Assembly (NCBI GenBank): GCA_964610475.1
Contig: CAZSZQ010000002.1
Span: 1-59,449, forward strand
From: an uncultured Desulfatiglans sp.
GTDB lineage: Bacteria; Desulfobacterota; DSM-4660; Desulfatiglandales; HGW-15
Reading direction: 5' to 3'
DNA: 59,449 nt
The position numbers were made by a program, and so were the translations under genes. The notes below the pieces were generated by a model. It was not told the origin of the DNA, did not search any database, and saw nothing but the letters and a program-made list of their open reading frames with translations. Position 1 is the stretch's first letter. Every line of letters begins with the position of its first letter. Of the stretch, positions 1 through 10,680 are shown in pieces.

Positions 1-14
1 AATCGGAATAAATA

Positions 15-1403
15 ATGATATTAAAAAAGGAAGATTTAGTTGAATTATATGTTGACAGTCTGGCCTTTGGAGGTGAGGGCATTGCCAGGATAGAGGGTTT
101 TGTTGTCTTTATCAGCCGCGCAATAACGGGTGACAGGGTAATTGCCCGGATAAAAAAAAAGAAAAAAGGCTATGCAACTGCTGTTATCTCTGAGATGCTT
201 ACACCTTCTTCTGACAGGATCAAGGCCCCATGCCCCTATTATGAATACTGCGGCGGGTGCCAGTATCAGCATATGCTCTATTTGAGCCAGATTAAATATA
301 AAAAGGAACATGTAGTAGATTCTATAAATAGGTTAGGGGGCATGGAGGGTGTTTTTGTCCATGATGTTATTCCTTCTGAGGATATATATGGCTATCGTAA
401 CAAGATGGAGTTTTCATTTTCAGACAAAAAGTGGGTATTACCTGAAGATTATTATAAAGGGGTCACAGGTGAGGATTTTGCACTAGGGCTGCATGTGCCC
501 GGCACCTTTAACAGGGTGATAGATATTGATGCCTGTCTTCTTCAGAATCTGACTGGTAATGATATCTTACAGGAAGTAAAGGCGTATGTAAAAAAGGCAG
601 GACTGCCGGTTTACAATCTGAAGACCCATGAAGGGTTCTGGCGTTTTCTTACCCTCAGATATTCAAATACCTTTGACCAGTGGATGGTAAACATTGTTAC
701 TTCAGTCAGTGACTCTTATCATATAAAGGCCCTTGCGAATATCCTGCATGAAAAATTTTCAAATATTAAAACCATAGTGAATAACATAAGCAGCAGAAGG
801 GCAGCAACGGCTGTAGGGGAACAGGAGATAATCGTAACAGGGGAAGGTTATATCAATGAAATGATAGGCCCTTACACATTCAGGGTATCACCCAATTCAT
901 TTTTCCAGACCAATACAAAAGGCGCTGAAAAGCTCTACAACCTGGTCCTTGAATATGCCGGTCTGACCGGATCTGAAAAAGTGCTTGACCTGTTCTGCGG
1001 TACAGGGACCATCTCGATTTATCTTTCAGGATATGCCGGTGAGGTGCTGGGTATGGAGATTTCAGAAAGCGCTGTAAACGATGCTAACCTGAACTGCGGG
1101 ATCAATAATATACCAAACTGCGGGTTTATCCTGGGAGATATCAGGGAAACCATCGGTAGTATATCGTATAAGCCTGATCTTATTATTGTTGACCCGCCCA
1201 GAACCGGCATACATAAGGATATCATGAAAACCATCATGGAAATAGGGGTGGAAAAGGTAGTTTATGTATCATGCAACCCTGCAACACTGGCAAGGGATCT
1301 CTGTGATATGAAAGAGAAATACGAGGTGCTTGAAGTGCAGCCGGTTGATATGTTTCCACACACCTATCATGTTGAATCTGTTGCTAAAATAAGGATGAAA
1401 TAA
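15..1403 (+). CDS. rlmD: 23S rRNA (uracil-5-)-methyltransferase, RumA/RlmD family (TRAM domain + Fe-S Cys cluster + SAM MTase)
   Basis: N-terminal TRAM-like segment; Cys cluster CPYYEYCGGCQYQH; SAM motif VLDLFCGTGTISIYLS; catalytic DPPRTG and YVSCNPATLARD motifs. Confidence 0.85.
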   Translation: MILKKEDLVELYVDSLAFGGEGIARIEGFVVFISRAITGDRVIARIKKKKKGYATAVISEMLTPSSDRIKAPCPYYEYCGGCQYQHMLYLSQIKYKKEHVVDSINRLGGMEGVFVHDVIPSEDIYGYRNKMEFSFSDKKWVLPEDYYKGVTGEDFALGLHVPGTFNRVIDIDACLLQNLTGNDILQEVKAYVKKAGLPVYNLKTHEGFWRFLTLRYSNTFDQWMVNIVTSVSDSYHIKALANILHEKFSNIKTIVNNISSRRAATAVGEQEIIVTGEGYINEMIGPYTFRVSPNSFFQTNTKGAEKLYNLVLEYAGLTGSEKVLDLFCGTGTISIYLSGYAGEVLGMEISESAVNDANLNCGINNIPNCGFILGDIRETIGSISYKPDLIIVDPPRTGIHKDIMKTIMEIGVEKVVYVSCNPATLARDLCDMKEKYEVLEVQPVDMFPHTYHVESVAKIRMK

Positions 1404-1490
1404 TAAGAAAGTTTCTTGACTTTTAATGTGTATTATTTACACTCGGAGATTCTAACCAGTAAGAAATTCAGGAGGTAATGTTATTAACAA

Positions 1491-2480
1491 ATGAAGAAGA
1501 TCAGAATACTCGGTACAGGATCATATGTCCCTCCAAAAAGACTTACAAATGATGGCATCAAAAATATGGGGCTTGACACCTCTGATGAATGGATAACACA
1601 GCGCACCGGGATCAGGGAAAGAAGGATTGCCGAACAGGATGTGGCAACCTCAGATCTCGCCCTTGAGGCATCAAAAAATGCCCTTGATATGGCTGGTCTT
1701 TCGCCTGATGATATTGATCTTATTATTCTGGGTACCATTACCCCTGATACAAACTGTCCGTCTGCATCCAACTGGCTCCAGGCCAAACTCAATGCTAAAA
1801 ATGCGGTTAATTTCGATATTACCGCAGCCTGTTCAGGTTTTATATATGCAATGCATACCGCATCACAGTTCATACATGCGGGTTCAGCAAAAAACGCACT
1901 TGTGATCGGCGCTGAGGTAATGTCAAGGGTGGTTAACTGGAAAGACCGGACAACCTGTATCCTGTGGGGTGACGGTGCAGGGGCGGCAATTTTAACCGCT
2001 GATAATAATGGCCATCAGCTGTTATCCACCCATATTCATACGGATGGTGAAAACGGCAGGGATCTCCTGGTGCCGGGCGGCGGTTCAAAGGTTACACCGA
2101 TTACAAAGGAAAGCGTTGAAAGAGGAGATCACTATCTGACAATGATTGGCGCCAATGCCAGTTTCAGGGTAGCGGTGCGACATTTTGTGGATTCTATCAT
2201 GGAGTCATTAAATTATAATAATCTTACTGTTGAGGATGTGCGCTGGTTTATCCCTCATCAGGCTAATTTCAGGATGTTTGCCTCAATAGCCAAAACAATA
2301 GGTGTGCCTGTTGAAAGGTTTTATATTACACTTGACCGTTATGGTAACTCCTCTTCGGCATCATGCGCCATAGCCCTTGATGAAGCGGTAAGAGACAGCA
2401 GCATTAAGGACGGCTATCATATTTGTATGCCGGTATTTGGCGGGGGATTAACCTGGGGAAGCGCACTAATAAGGTGGTAA
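1491..2480 (+). CDS. fabH: 3-oxoacyl-ACP synthase III (KAS III)
   Basis: Start MKKIRILGTGSYVP with RBS aggagg upstream; active-site AACSGF (Cys), HQANFRM (His), GNSSSAS (Asn); typical 329 aa length. Confidence 0.9.
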   Translation: MKKIRILGTGSYVPPKRLTNDGIKNMGLDTSDEWITQRTGIRERRIAEQDVATSDLALEASKNALDMAGLSPDDIDLIILGTITPDTNCPSASNWLQAKLNAKNAVNFDITAACSGFIYAMHTASQFIHAGSAKNALVIGAEVMSRVVNWKDRTTCILWGDGAGAAILTADNNGHQLLSTHIHTDGENGRDLLVPGGGSKVTPITKESVERGDHYLTMIGANASFRVAVRHFVDSIMESLNYNNLTVEDVRWFIPHQANFRMFASIAKTIGVPVERFYITLDRYGNSSSASCAIALDEAVRDSSIKDGYHICMPVFGGGLTWGSALIRW

Positions 2481-2589
2481 AAAAAGAGGTTAGGGGTAAG
2501 AGGCAAGGGGTTATTGATTAGAGCATTCAAATCACAAATTTGTGATCCTTTTAAAACCTCTGTGCACTCTGTGCCTCTGTGGTGAGCTA

Positions 2590-4329
2590 TTATTTTTCAA
2601 GAGCCTTTTTCATATGTAAAAGAAAGTCTCCAGCGCTGATTTTTGCCTCAATACGAAGTTCAGAGATCTCGTTTCCCTCTTTATCAAAAAATATGATGGT
2701 TGGGGCACCGTCTATATTGTAACGTTTTCTTATTTTTTCCTGTTCAGGCTGTTTACCGGTTATATCGAGCCTAAGTGTAGTAAAATTTTTACTAAAAAGA
2801 ACAACTTCCGGTTTGTTGAAAACGGTTTTTTCCATATGTTTACAGGGGAGACACCAGTCAGCATATACATCCAGGATTACCGGCCTTGCATTTTGTTTTG
2901 CCTCTTCAAAACAGGTTTCATTATAGGGCACCCATTTGACATGATCCTTAATGTCTATTGCAGTAAGAATATATAAGCCTGCAGAGAGTATAATTATCAC
3001 ACTGACTATCTTCTTCATCACACCATATGATTTATGCCTTGTGTCTGTTTTATCCGGCCACCCTATGTGAATAGCCGCGGTAAGTGCTAATACTCCAAAT
3101 ACCGGATAGTATATATTGGGATTTTTTATCAGGGCGCTCAAAAAATAATATCCCATGGAAATCATGACCCACCCCATTACCTTTTTTACCCAGAGCATCC
3201 AATCCCCTGATTTTGGGAGGCGGTCTATGGCGCTTGAAAAGACTGCAAGTATACATAATGGGAGCCCGAGGCCTAAGCTTAAAACAAAAAAGTAAACAAA
3301 ACCGATAAAGGGGTCCCCTTTCTGACCCACATAGGTCAAAAGCCCTAAAACAAAGGGTCCAAGGCAGGGGGCTGCAACAATCCCAAGTGTAAGCCCCATA
3401 AAGAATGTGCCGAAATAGCCGCTGAAGTTCTTTGAGGCGATATTTGTCAGTGCGGAAGGCAAGTGAATCTCCCAGAGGCCAAAAAAGCTTAAACCCATAG
3501 AAAACATGATAATGGCAATAATAATCAGAACTATTTTATACTGGAGTAATGCCCCGAGCATCCCTCCCGTAAGGGCCGCGGTAACTCCAAGTATGGAATT
3601 TGTTACCGCAAGACCTGAGACATACAGTAAGCCAAGGATTATTGTATGGCTTCCGCTTTTGTTTTCTCTTCCGCCGAAATATGAAACAGTGATAGGTATA
3701 AGGGGGTAAACGCAGGGGGTGAGGTTTAAGGCAAGTCCTCCCAGAAAAATCCACAGGATTGCCCATAAGATACCTGAGTCATATCTTACGTCAGATGCAC
3801 TTATCCTCCGGCTTAAAAAAAATATATCCCGGTTAATTTGATTTGTTACTGTACCGGGGGGAACAACACTCAGTTTTATTTCTAACGGAATATTATCCGG
3901 GGCAAGACATGAGACAGCAGAGCATGCCTGATAACTCAGATTCCCGGTTATTGTTTGCAGCCCTTCCGGTACTTCATTTTCCAATTTAACTGTACCCCTT
4001 ATAAAAAAGGTCCCGGTGTAAACATCTAAAGGGTTGGGTGCATATTCGAATTTTACTTTTCTCGTTTCAGGAAACAGGAAATTATCTATTTTGAAGCCTT
4101 CTGAATCCTGAAATGATATTTCCGTAGGTATCAGAAATTCTTCTTTTGTTGCAGCATGAATATACCAGTTTTTTGCTACTTCAAGTTTAAACAGAACAGG
4201 GTAGGATTTGTTTATCTCATATTTGTCAGTTGAGTGGATAATCTCAACAGTTACCTTGGTATTGTTTGCGCTAACCGGAAAAGGTAAAAAAAGAGATAAG
4301 ATGAATAAAAATATATACGCTTTTTTCAT
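2590..4329 (-). CDS. dsbD: thiol:disulfide interchange protein DsbD (N-terminal periplasmic domain + CcdA-like TM core + C-terminal thioredoxin domain)
   Basis: Signal peptide; YQACSAVSCLAP in the N-domain; TM-core motifs LTPCVYPLIP and AAPCLGPF; C-terminal thioredoxin motif WCLPCK. Confidence 0.85.
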   Translation of the reverse strand: MKKAYIFLFILSLFLPFPVSANNTKVTVEIIHSTDKYEINKSYPVLFKLEVAKNWYIHAATKEEFLIPTEISFQDSEGFKIDNFLFPETRKVKFEYAPNPLDVYTGTFFIRGTVKLENEVPEGLQTITGNLSYQACSAVSCLAPDNIPLEIKLSVVPPGTVTNQINRDIFFLSRRISASDVRYDSGILWAILWIFLGGLALNLTPCVYPLIPITVSYFGGRENKSGSHTIILGLLYVSGLAVTNSILGVTAALTGGMLGALLQYKIVLIIIAIIMFSMGLSFFGLWEIHLPSALTNIASKNFSGYFGTFFMGLTLGIVAAPCLGPFVLGLLTYVGQKGDPFIGFVYFFVLSLGLGLPLCILAVFSSAIDRLPKSGDWMLWVKKVMGWVMISMGYYFLSALIKNPNIYYPVFGVLALTAAIHIGWPDKTDTRHKSYGVMKKIVSVIIILSAGLYILTAIDIKDHVKWVPYNETCFEEAKQNARPVILDVYADWCLPCKHMEKTVFNKPEVVLFSKNFTTLRLDITGKQPEQEKIRKRYNIDGAPTIIFFDKEGNEISELRIEAKISAGDFLLHMKKALEK

Positions 4330-4402
4330 AATAGTTATGGAGATTTTTCAGCACACAAAAGGCATTTGAGCCTGTTTACCCGTTAATGTGCGGGCAAACC
4401 CA

Positions 4403-4960
4403 TTATTTTATAAATTCAACAAGATCGCCGGGTGAAAAATCCAGGTTGGAAAAAATCTTACTTTCGATTTTCCTGCATATCCTGAAGTTTTCTTCTATTC
4501 TTTGTACTAATATCATTTCATTTTTTGCATACCTGTCCAACAGATATGCAAGCCTTTTTTCAAGAGTAACAACCTCATTATTGTTAACCCTTTTATCTGA
4601 ATAATAGATTATCTCCTTTTCTGTAACTTTGCCGTAAAGTTCATAACTCTCAAGACGTATGTGCTCGCCGACAATCTCGGCAATTTCCAAAAAATCGTTT
4701 TCAATACAGATATCCCTTCCCATTCTTGCATGATCTTCGGGTGACCCGAGGCACATCGTTTTTGCTATGTCATGCATCAATGCCCCGGCGGTTATCTTTT
4801 CCAGCGAAATATCTGTTCCGGATTTTTTAATCCCTTCGGCAATAATACGGGCAACCTTTTCAACCTTGATTGAATGGGCCTTGATATTATCAAGCATTCC
4901 ATAGGAATTCATCAATGAAATACATCTTTCGGCATCCGGAATCATTATATTTTCCATCAA
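4403..4960 (-). CDS. HD/HDIG-domain metal-dependent phosphohydrolase
   Basis: H...HD signature (AHSIKV ... LMHDIAK) in a 185-aa single-domain protein. Confidence 0.65.
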   Translation of the reverse strand: MMENIMIPDAERCISLMNSYGMLDNIKAHSIKVEKVARIIAEGIKKSGTDISLEKITAGALMHDIAKTMCLGSPEDHARMGRDICIENDFLEIAEIVGEHIRLESYELYGKVTEKEIIYYSDKRVNNNEVVTLEKRLAYLLDRYAKNEMILVQRIEENFRICRKIESKIFSNLDFSPGDLVEFIK

Positions 4961-5045
4961 TCGTTTATATTTAAGGCCTGATGGTTATTATCTGATCTTA
5001 ATATTATTATGATTTGTCTCTTGGTTCTATTAAATAAGGTACAGG

Positions 5046-5717
5046 TTATTGTTTAGGCCTGCTCATGTATTCTTTTACAATATCGAGCATTTCACTCGTT
5101 TTAAACGGTTTGGCAAGTGTAGGGTATCCATATCTGGCAATGTCCATATCCAGTTCTTCCCTGAGCCTTTTTATTCCGAAAAAACCGCTTATATATATCA
5201 CCTTAATATCAGGATTGATTTCCCGAATCTTTCTGATTAATTCAAGGCCGCTCATTTTAGGCATTACAACATCGGTAAATACGAGGTCGGGCAGGAACTG
5301 CTTATATTCCTCAAAACCGTTTAGACCGTCGACAGCAACTTTTACCTCATAACCTTCCATCCTGAAAATGTCCCTGAAGATTTCCTGCAGGCCGAATTCA
5401 TCTTCCACAACAAGGATCTTGATTTTGTCATGAGCCTGGCCGGCTTTATTATTATTATCAAAAATTGTTGCTATTTCACTGTCTTCCATCTGATTTATAA
5501 GATTACTCAGCCTGTTGAGGCTTTGTTGGGTTTTCACTGCCAAATGCAGGTTTTCAGGATTAAGATCGGGATGATATACTTTGCTTAAGAGACGATGGCT
5601 TGATCTGATGTATGAAACAACCGATCTCTCTCCCAGTTCATTATAAATTTCTCTAGCCTTGTCATAAAGGTTAAGAAAAGTGAGTTCCTTTTTGAGTTCT
5701 ATCAGGTTGTCAGTCAA
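5046..5717 (-). CDS. J-domain (DnaJ-like) protein fused to a response-regulator receiver domain
   Basis: N-terminal HPD motif (KVYHPDLNP). C-terminal REC domain: ILVVEDE acidic pocket, phospho-acceptor in LVFTDVVMP, conserved K in LAKPF. Confidence 0.75.
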   Translation of the reverse strand: MTDNLIELKKELTFLNLYDKAREIYNELGERSVVSYIRSSHRLLSKVYHPDLNPENLHLAVKTQQSLNRLSNLINQMEDSEIATIFDNNNKAGQAHDKIKILVVEDEFGLQEIFRDIFRMEGYEVKVAVDGLNGFEEYKQFLPDLVFTDVVMPKMSGLELIRKIREINPDIKVIYISGFFGIKRLREELDMDIARYGYPTLAKPFKTSEMLDIVKEYMSRPKQ

Positions 5718-5846
5718 TATAAACCTCTATAGAAATATAAACAAAAAACATGACATTCTGGCATATTGGAAAAAATAAAGCAATATCATTAAATGAAAAT
5801 ATGCATCAAAAATTACCGTGTTTAATCTGCTGACAGGATTACATCC

Positions 5847-5875
5847 TTGACAGCATATCTACTTTTCCATATCCT
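5847..5875 (+). promoter_or_regulatory. candidate sigma-70 promoter for waaA
   Basis: TTGACA (5847-5852), 17-nt spacer, TATCCT (5870-5875), about 50 nt upstream of the ATG at 5924. Confidence 0.35.
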
Positions 5876-5923
5876 GAATATCGAATAAGCTTTTAACTGA
5901 TAACCGGAACTGATATAAGCAAC

Positions 5924-7240
5924 ATGAATATTTTTTACTTCTTTTACAGGGTTCTATCCGTACTTCTAATAACAATCATTCTATTCCCGTTTTTAATGTT
6001 TGTTTTTTTTAATGGGAAGTACAGAAAGCATCTTACCGAGCGCCTTGGATTTATCTCTGATGAGTGTCTGAATCAGCTATGCGTCAAACCGAAAATATGG
6101 ATCCACGCAGCGTCTCTAGGAGAAGTAAAGGTGGCAGACTCGATAATTTCCGCTCTTAAAAAAATTTTACCCGACTGTTCCGTTATTCTATCCACCATCA
6201 CTGAGCATGGAAGAAACCTTGCGGTCGAAATGCTGGGCAATCAGGCCCAGGTTATTTATGCACCTATAGATCTTTTTCTTTCAGTCAGAAAGGCACTGCA
6301 CAGGATAAATCCCGATGTGCTTATTTTTCTTGAAACCGAGATATGGCCGTCATGGATAATAGAAGCGCACATGGCGGGAATCAGGATCGTTCTCCTTAAT
6401 GGCAGAATATCCAAAAGGTCACTTAAGCGCTATAGGCTGTTCAAACCTGTTTTAAAAAACATTTTGTCATATTTTGATATCCTGAGCATGATAAGTGAAG
6501 AGCATAAAAGGCATATCGAACTTATCGGCGCTGATCCTGAAAAGGTTGTTGTTACCGGAAATGCCAAATATGATATGTTGATCCATAAGACAGTATCCGG
6601 GATGCATGAGGAAATTCGAAGGCTTCTTGATATCGGCTTTGATACACCAGTCATAGTCGCAGGAAGCACCCGAACCGGCGAGGAAGAAATAATTATAGAA
6701 GCATACAAAAAAATCGTTGAACATTTTTCAGAGTCAGTACTGATATTAGCGCCCAGACATATCGAAAGGGTAAAAGATATTATTGAGCTTCTTCAGAAAG
6801 AAGGCCTCAAATATCACCTTCGCAGCGAATTTCGGTTGCCCGGAACAATAAGAAATCATAATATCCTTGTAATAGATTCCTATGGGGAGTTGTTCAATTT
6901 TTACAGCGCTGCGGATATAGCCTTTTGCGGGGCAAGCCTTGTCCCATTGGGGGGGCAAAACCCCCTTGAGCCTGCTGCCTGGGGAATACCTGTTTTTCAC
7001 GGTCCTTATATGGACGACTTTCTGGATGCGATGAATCTGTTAAAAAAATACGATGCCAGCGTTGAAGTCACCGGCCCGAAAGACCTTGCAGAAAAATTGG
7101 TTTATTATTTAAACAACCCTGTATTATTGAGAGAAAAAGGCCTGTCAGGTAAAAAAGCATTAATGGAGAACGAGGGTTCTTCAGTAAGGAATGCAAATAT
7201 TATTGTTCAAATTATCGGTTCTCTCAGCAGGTCGTTATAA
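5924..7240 (+). CDS. waaA: 3-deoxy-D-manno-octulosonic acid (Kdo) transferase
   Basis: N-terminal membrane anchor; hallmark IWIHAASLGEV motif; glycosyltransferase-N/GT-B layout; 438 aa. Confidence 0.85.
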   Translation: MNIFYFFYRVLSVLLITIILFPFLMFVFFNGKYRKHLTERLGFISDECLNQLCVKPKIWIHAASLGEVKVADSIISALKKILPDCSVILSTITEHGRNLAVEMLGNQAQVIYAPIDLFLSVRKALHRINPDVLIFLETEIWPSWIIEAHMAGIRIVLLNGRISKRSLKRYRLFKPVLKNILSYFDILSMISEEHKRHIELIGADPEKVVVTGNAKYDMLIHKTVSGMHEEIRRLLDIGFDTPVIVAGSTRTGEEEIIIEAYKKIVEHFSESVLILAPRHIERVKDIIELLQKEGLKYHLRSEFRLPGTIRNHNILVIDSYGELFNFYSAADIAFCGASLVPLGGQNPLEPAAWGIPVFHGPYMDDFLDAMNLLKKYDASVEVTGPKDLAEKLVYYLNNPVLLREKGLSGKKALMENEGSSVRNANIIVQIIGSLSRSL

Positions 7241-7243
7241 CTG

Positions 7244-7276
7244 AAAAGCCCTGCCATTTTCCGGCAGGGCTTTTTG
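7244..7276 (+). terminator. rho-independent terminator after waaA (possibly bidirectional)
   Basis: Stem GCCCTGCC (7248-7255) / GGCAGGGC (7263-7270), 7-nt loop, T5 tail; A-run on the 5' side could serve the convergent gene. Confidence 0.75.
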
Positions 7277-7338
7277 ACTCAACTCAGGAAATTTATTGTA
7301 GTTCAGATAGATTTATAAATACAGGCTATCTTAAAAAG

Positions 7339-9366
7339 CTATTTCCATTTTTTACCACACATTCTGTTCAGCTGCCATTCTATCCACCAGTCAAAAAATG
7401 AAGCACGGTTAATACCTGTTGTAACAGCAAAATCGGAATTGTAGTTTACCACTGCCCACACAGTCCTGGAATAAGGATCGATTCCATATGTACCAAGTTT
7501 ATATCCCGGTTTATAGGGTCCTATTTTGAACTCTTTTTTCCCGCCAAAATTTAAATCAACGGCATTCCGCCACCTGCCTTTGGAATCAAGCACTGCAATA
7601 CCGAACAATCCTCCCCTGAAATGCCACCCATTCTGGAATTTATATGACATTGACAGGACATATGTGTCGGTTTGTTCTGTACCAAACTCCGCCATTCCCC
7701 ATAAAGACAGAATATCGCTTCCAAACATATATTTTTGTTTTAGAGGCCTTTCAACCCATCCGGTATTGACCGATTTAACAAGCGGACGGGGTGCGCTAAG
7801 TATTATGTCATCGCCGGTATCATCCGGTGTGCCTTTATTGTCAATCTCAGCAGGCGTATAGTCAGTTGCAGTGCTGTTATTGACACCGTTCAGTATTTTA
7901 GCGATTGTGCTATTAAAGCTGTCCTCAACAACTGTGTATGAATTGCCCTGAGCAATAAGGAAATGTTTGCCATTATTGCTGTAACCCCAGGTTTCTTTTT
8001 TAACAATATTACCGGCTGAACCGGAATAGTAATCAACCGTTACTCTTGGACCGTCTACAGTATAGATATAATAGCCGATATTAAGTATTTCCTGAGAGAT
8101 CTGTGTCTCCCGGTCTTTTGCCTTACCGAAAGCAGTCAGTGGTGCAGGACCATATAACTCTGTACCTACTCCGGTGGTTATGATTTGTTCAACATCTGAC
8201 AAACCGTCGGGACTTTCAACAAGGGCGCGGTTATGAATGGGATCGTGGCCGGTAATCATATATTTTACACCGTTGTCCATCAGGCTGGCATAGAATATAT
8301 TCTGATCGTCGGAGACGGAATCCGGGCTGTCGCCGAATATGCTGTCCGGGCCCTCTTCACCCATTAGACCTTTGTGAGAAAAAACAAATGCATGCTCGGT
8401 GCCGCGGGTAGTAATGTCCAGCTGCCGGCTGATCCAGTCCTGTTGATCACCAGGCAAAAACCTGGTTTCAACCGTTTCAGAGGAACCCTCTTCCATATTG
8501 ACTGTGGCATATTCTTCAATTGGCCAGATTCCTTCAAACCCGTAAAAATTTGTCGTCGGATTTCCTGTAACATCATCTATGCGAAACCATGTATTTGCAG
8601 GGATTGTAACCACTCCTCCCCCTTCCGTAAAAGTCAGGTCCGAGTTCATCTTGTATATATCCCATAATATATAGAAATAACTCTGACCATATACCGGATG
8701 GCCTGATATATTCTGAACACCGGCTGAGGATACCGGCTCAGCATCAATAATGACAAATCTCGCGGTGCTGCCGTTTTTACCATAATCAAAGGAGTAGCTC
8801 AGCCCGTTCAACTCATCAATCGAAGGACTGTTGAAATTAGCTGCATCATAGATATTATCCAGTCCCTGTGTCTGGGGAAAGGCATCAAGATAGGCCGGTA
8901 TATTCATATTAAAATCAGGGTCCAGGCCGTATAAAGCCCCATGTGTATCATGGTCGCCGCGTAAAGGAAAGAATCCAATCCCTGCATCATAAAGAGGCTG
9001 AGCAGCCTCTGCCCTTGAATACATGGCTGCATCTCCTCCTCTGTCCGACAGATCTCCCACCTGTATCACAAATTTGACGCCATATTCAATGAACCTGTTG
9101 TTCAGTGCAAGGGCAGTTGCCGCACTCACATGATCCGGGTTCATTCCCTCGGGATCTTCGCTCAGGGTCCATCGGGTATCTCCAATAACACCGAAAGACC
9201 AAGCTTTTCCGGTTTGATACCGCTCTCTCTCCTGGGCCGGCGTAACTGTTGTGAAAACAAGCGCCAGAACTATACTTATAAACATTGTTCTGGCAACCTC
9301 TGTAATAATATCATGTTGATATTTTTCATACATATGTTGAATTATTTTATACACCCGCATTTTCAT
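7339..9366 (-). CDS. large secreted/membrane-anchored calcineurin-like metallophosphoesterase
   Basis: N-terminal hydrophobic anchor; metallophosphatase motifs GVIGDTRW, VGDLSDRG, LRGDHD; long C-terminal extension of unknown function. Confidence 0.65.
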   Translation of the reverse strand: MKMRVYKIIQHMYEKYQHDIITEVARTMFISIVLALVFTTVTPAQERERYQTGKAWSFGVIGDTRWTLSEDPEGMNPDHVSAATALALNNRFIEYGVKFVIQVGDLSDRGGDAAMYSRAEAAQPLYDAGIGFFPLRGDHDTHGALYGLDPDFNMNIPAYLDAFPQTQGLDNIYDAANFNSPSIDELNGLSYSFDYGKNGSTARFVIIDAEPVSSAGVQNISGHPVYGQSYFYILWDIYKMNSDLTFTEGGGVVTIPANTWFRIDDVTGNPTTNFYGFEGIWPIEEYATVNMEEGSSETVETRFLPGDQQDWISRQLDITTRGTEHAFVFSHKGLMGEEGPDSIFGDSPDSVSDDQNIFYASLMDNGVKYMITGHDPIHNRALVESPDGLSDVEQIITTGVGTELYGPAPLTAFGKAKDRETQISQEILNIGYYIYTVDGPRVTVDYYSGSAGNIVKKETWGYSNNGKHFLIAQGNSYTVVEDSFNSTIAKILNGVNNSTATDYTPAEIDNKGTPDDTGDDIILSAPRPLVKSVNTGWVERPLKQKYMFGSDILSLWGMAEFGTEQTDTYVLSMSYKFQNGWHFRGGLFGIAVLDSKGRWRNAVDLNFGGKKEFKIGPYKPGYKLGTYGIDPYSRTVWAVVNYNSDFAVTTGINRASFFDWWIEWQLNRMCGKKWK

Positions 9367-10272
9367 TCCCCTCCCAATTGATATTACTAAAACTAATTTT
9401 TTATTATCTGTTTTGAGATCATACTCGCCTGGAAAATTACTGTATTTTTATCTGATCACCTCCCTTCCATGCAGTCCAGGCTTGGTTCTTTCTCTTCATG
9501 CAGACAAATACGGCCTGCATGTATTTATTTAAAAGTGAATATGAATCAAACAATTCATGAAAGAAAAAATCTCTTTCCATATATTTAATATTCACCACGA
9601 TAGTTCGTTATGAATAGATTTTGCATGAACTGTACCATCAACAAAAATTTTAAAGCTAAGCATGTAATCAATGCGAAATACCCGCTGATGAACTTTGGAA
9701 ATTACAAAGGAAATGCAGGTTCAGTTTGTTTGCAATGCAAATATCTTTATATTTGAAGGTTGTGTTGAAAAGGGGGCATTATAGATAATGCAGACGAAGA
9801 ACTTCTATCTATCAAAAAATAGACCCATAAATTTTTTACATGTAAGGATATTTTCTCTGATTTCTGCTATCTTACAGTATCCATATCATCGTCACCAGCC
9901 TGATGACAAAACTCACCCAGGTTGAATGCACACCGGTAATCTGTGAGACTGATGTTCTATGACGGTTTTCGCGCCTTCTCTTCTATCTTCCTCAGCTGGC
10001 TGGAGGGATTCAGGGAGGGGGAGTTTGCTTCTCACTGTGAGAAATAAGTGCATATCTTTATTAATCTGTGAAAACTATTAGGGGAATACTAAAATAGACT
10101 GGTATTATGGAGTAAGAAGACTGTTATTTTTTACCGTGTCTAAAAATACTAATGGCAAGTTAAACTATTGACTATTTAGAGAAATATAAGTACATTGCCC
10201 TGAAATTTTCTATTGCAAGAATATTTTCCTATGTCTTTTTTTAAACAATAACCTGTAAATGAAAGGAATATT

Positions 10273-10491
10273 TTGAGTAGAACAGACCTAATAGAACTTG
10301 AAGGCCTTGTTACAAGAGTAATGGGGCGCGGAACAATGGAAATACAATGTGATAATAATGTCATTGTACACGGGGTGCTGTCCGGGCGTATGAAAAAAAA
10401 CAGGATCAAGGTAATTCAGGGAGACAGGGTTAAGGTAAGCGTTTCGCCATACGATACATCGCATGGTCTTGTAACCTATCGTTTTAAATAG
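10273..10491 (+). CDS. infA: translation initiation factor IF-1
   Basis: 72-aa S1-like OB-fold sequence (IELEGLV..., GRMKKNRIKVIQGDRVKVSVSPYD...G.VTYRFK); TTG start. Confidence 0.9.
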   Translation: MSRTDLIELEGLVTRVMGRGTMEIQCDNNVIVHGVLSGRMKKNRIKVIQGDRVKVSVSPYDTSHGLVTYRFK

Positions 10492-10680
10492 CAGCTCATA
10501 TCACCCGGAAGACCCGATTCCAGGAGATTTTCAAAATTGTATGCTGTGATATCCCTGCATTTCTACTATTCACAGGGATATATATTGTTCAATATTAATT
10601 ATCTTCCCTTTCACCGGACCTATTTTGTATACAATTAAAAATATTAAAAAAAGATTTGCCGTACCGATTGATGTTACAGG

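Noticed and set aside
152-167. A9-G-A6 homopolymeric tract inside the rlmD-like gene (encoding KKKKKK), a possible slippage or phase-variation site.
   Set aside because: The reading frame is intact through the tract and the flanking TRAM domain reads normally, so nothing here indicates a frameshift or switch.
2558-2582. Short direct repeat CTCTGTGC-a-CTCTGTGC-CTCTGTGG, together with the palindrome ATCACAAATTTGTGAT (about 2533-2548), in the convergent fabH/dsbD gap.
   Set aside because: Too short to call a repeat family or CRISPR-like array. It most likely belongs to weak terminator structures between convergent genes.
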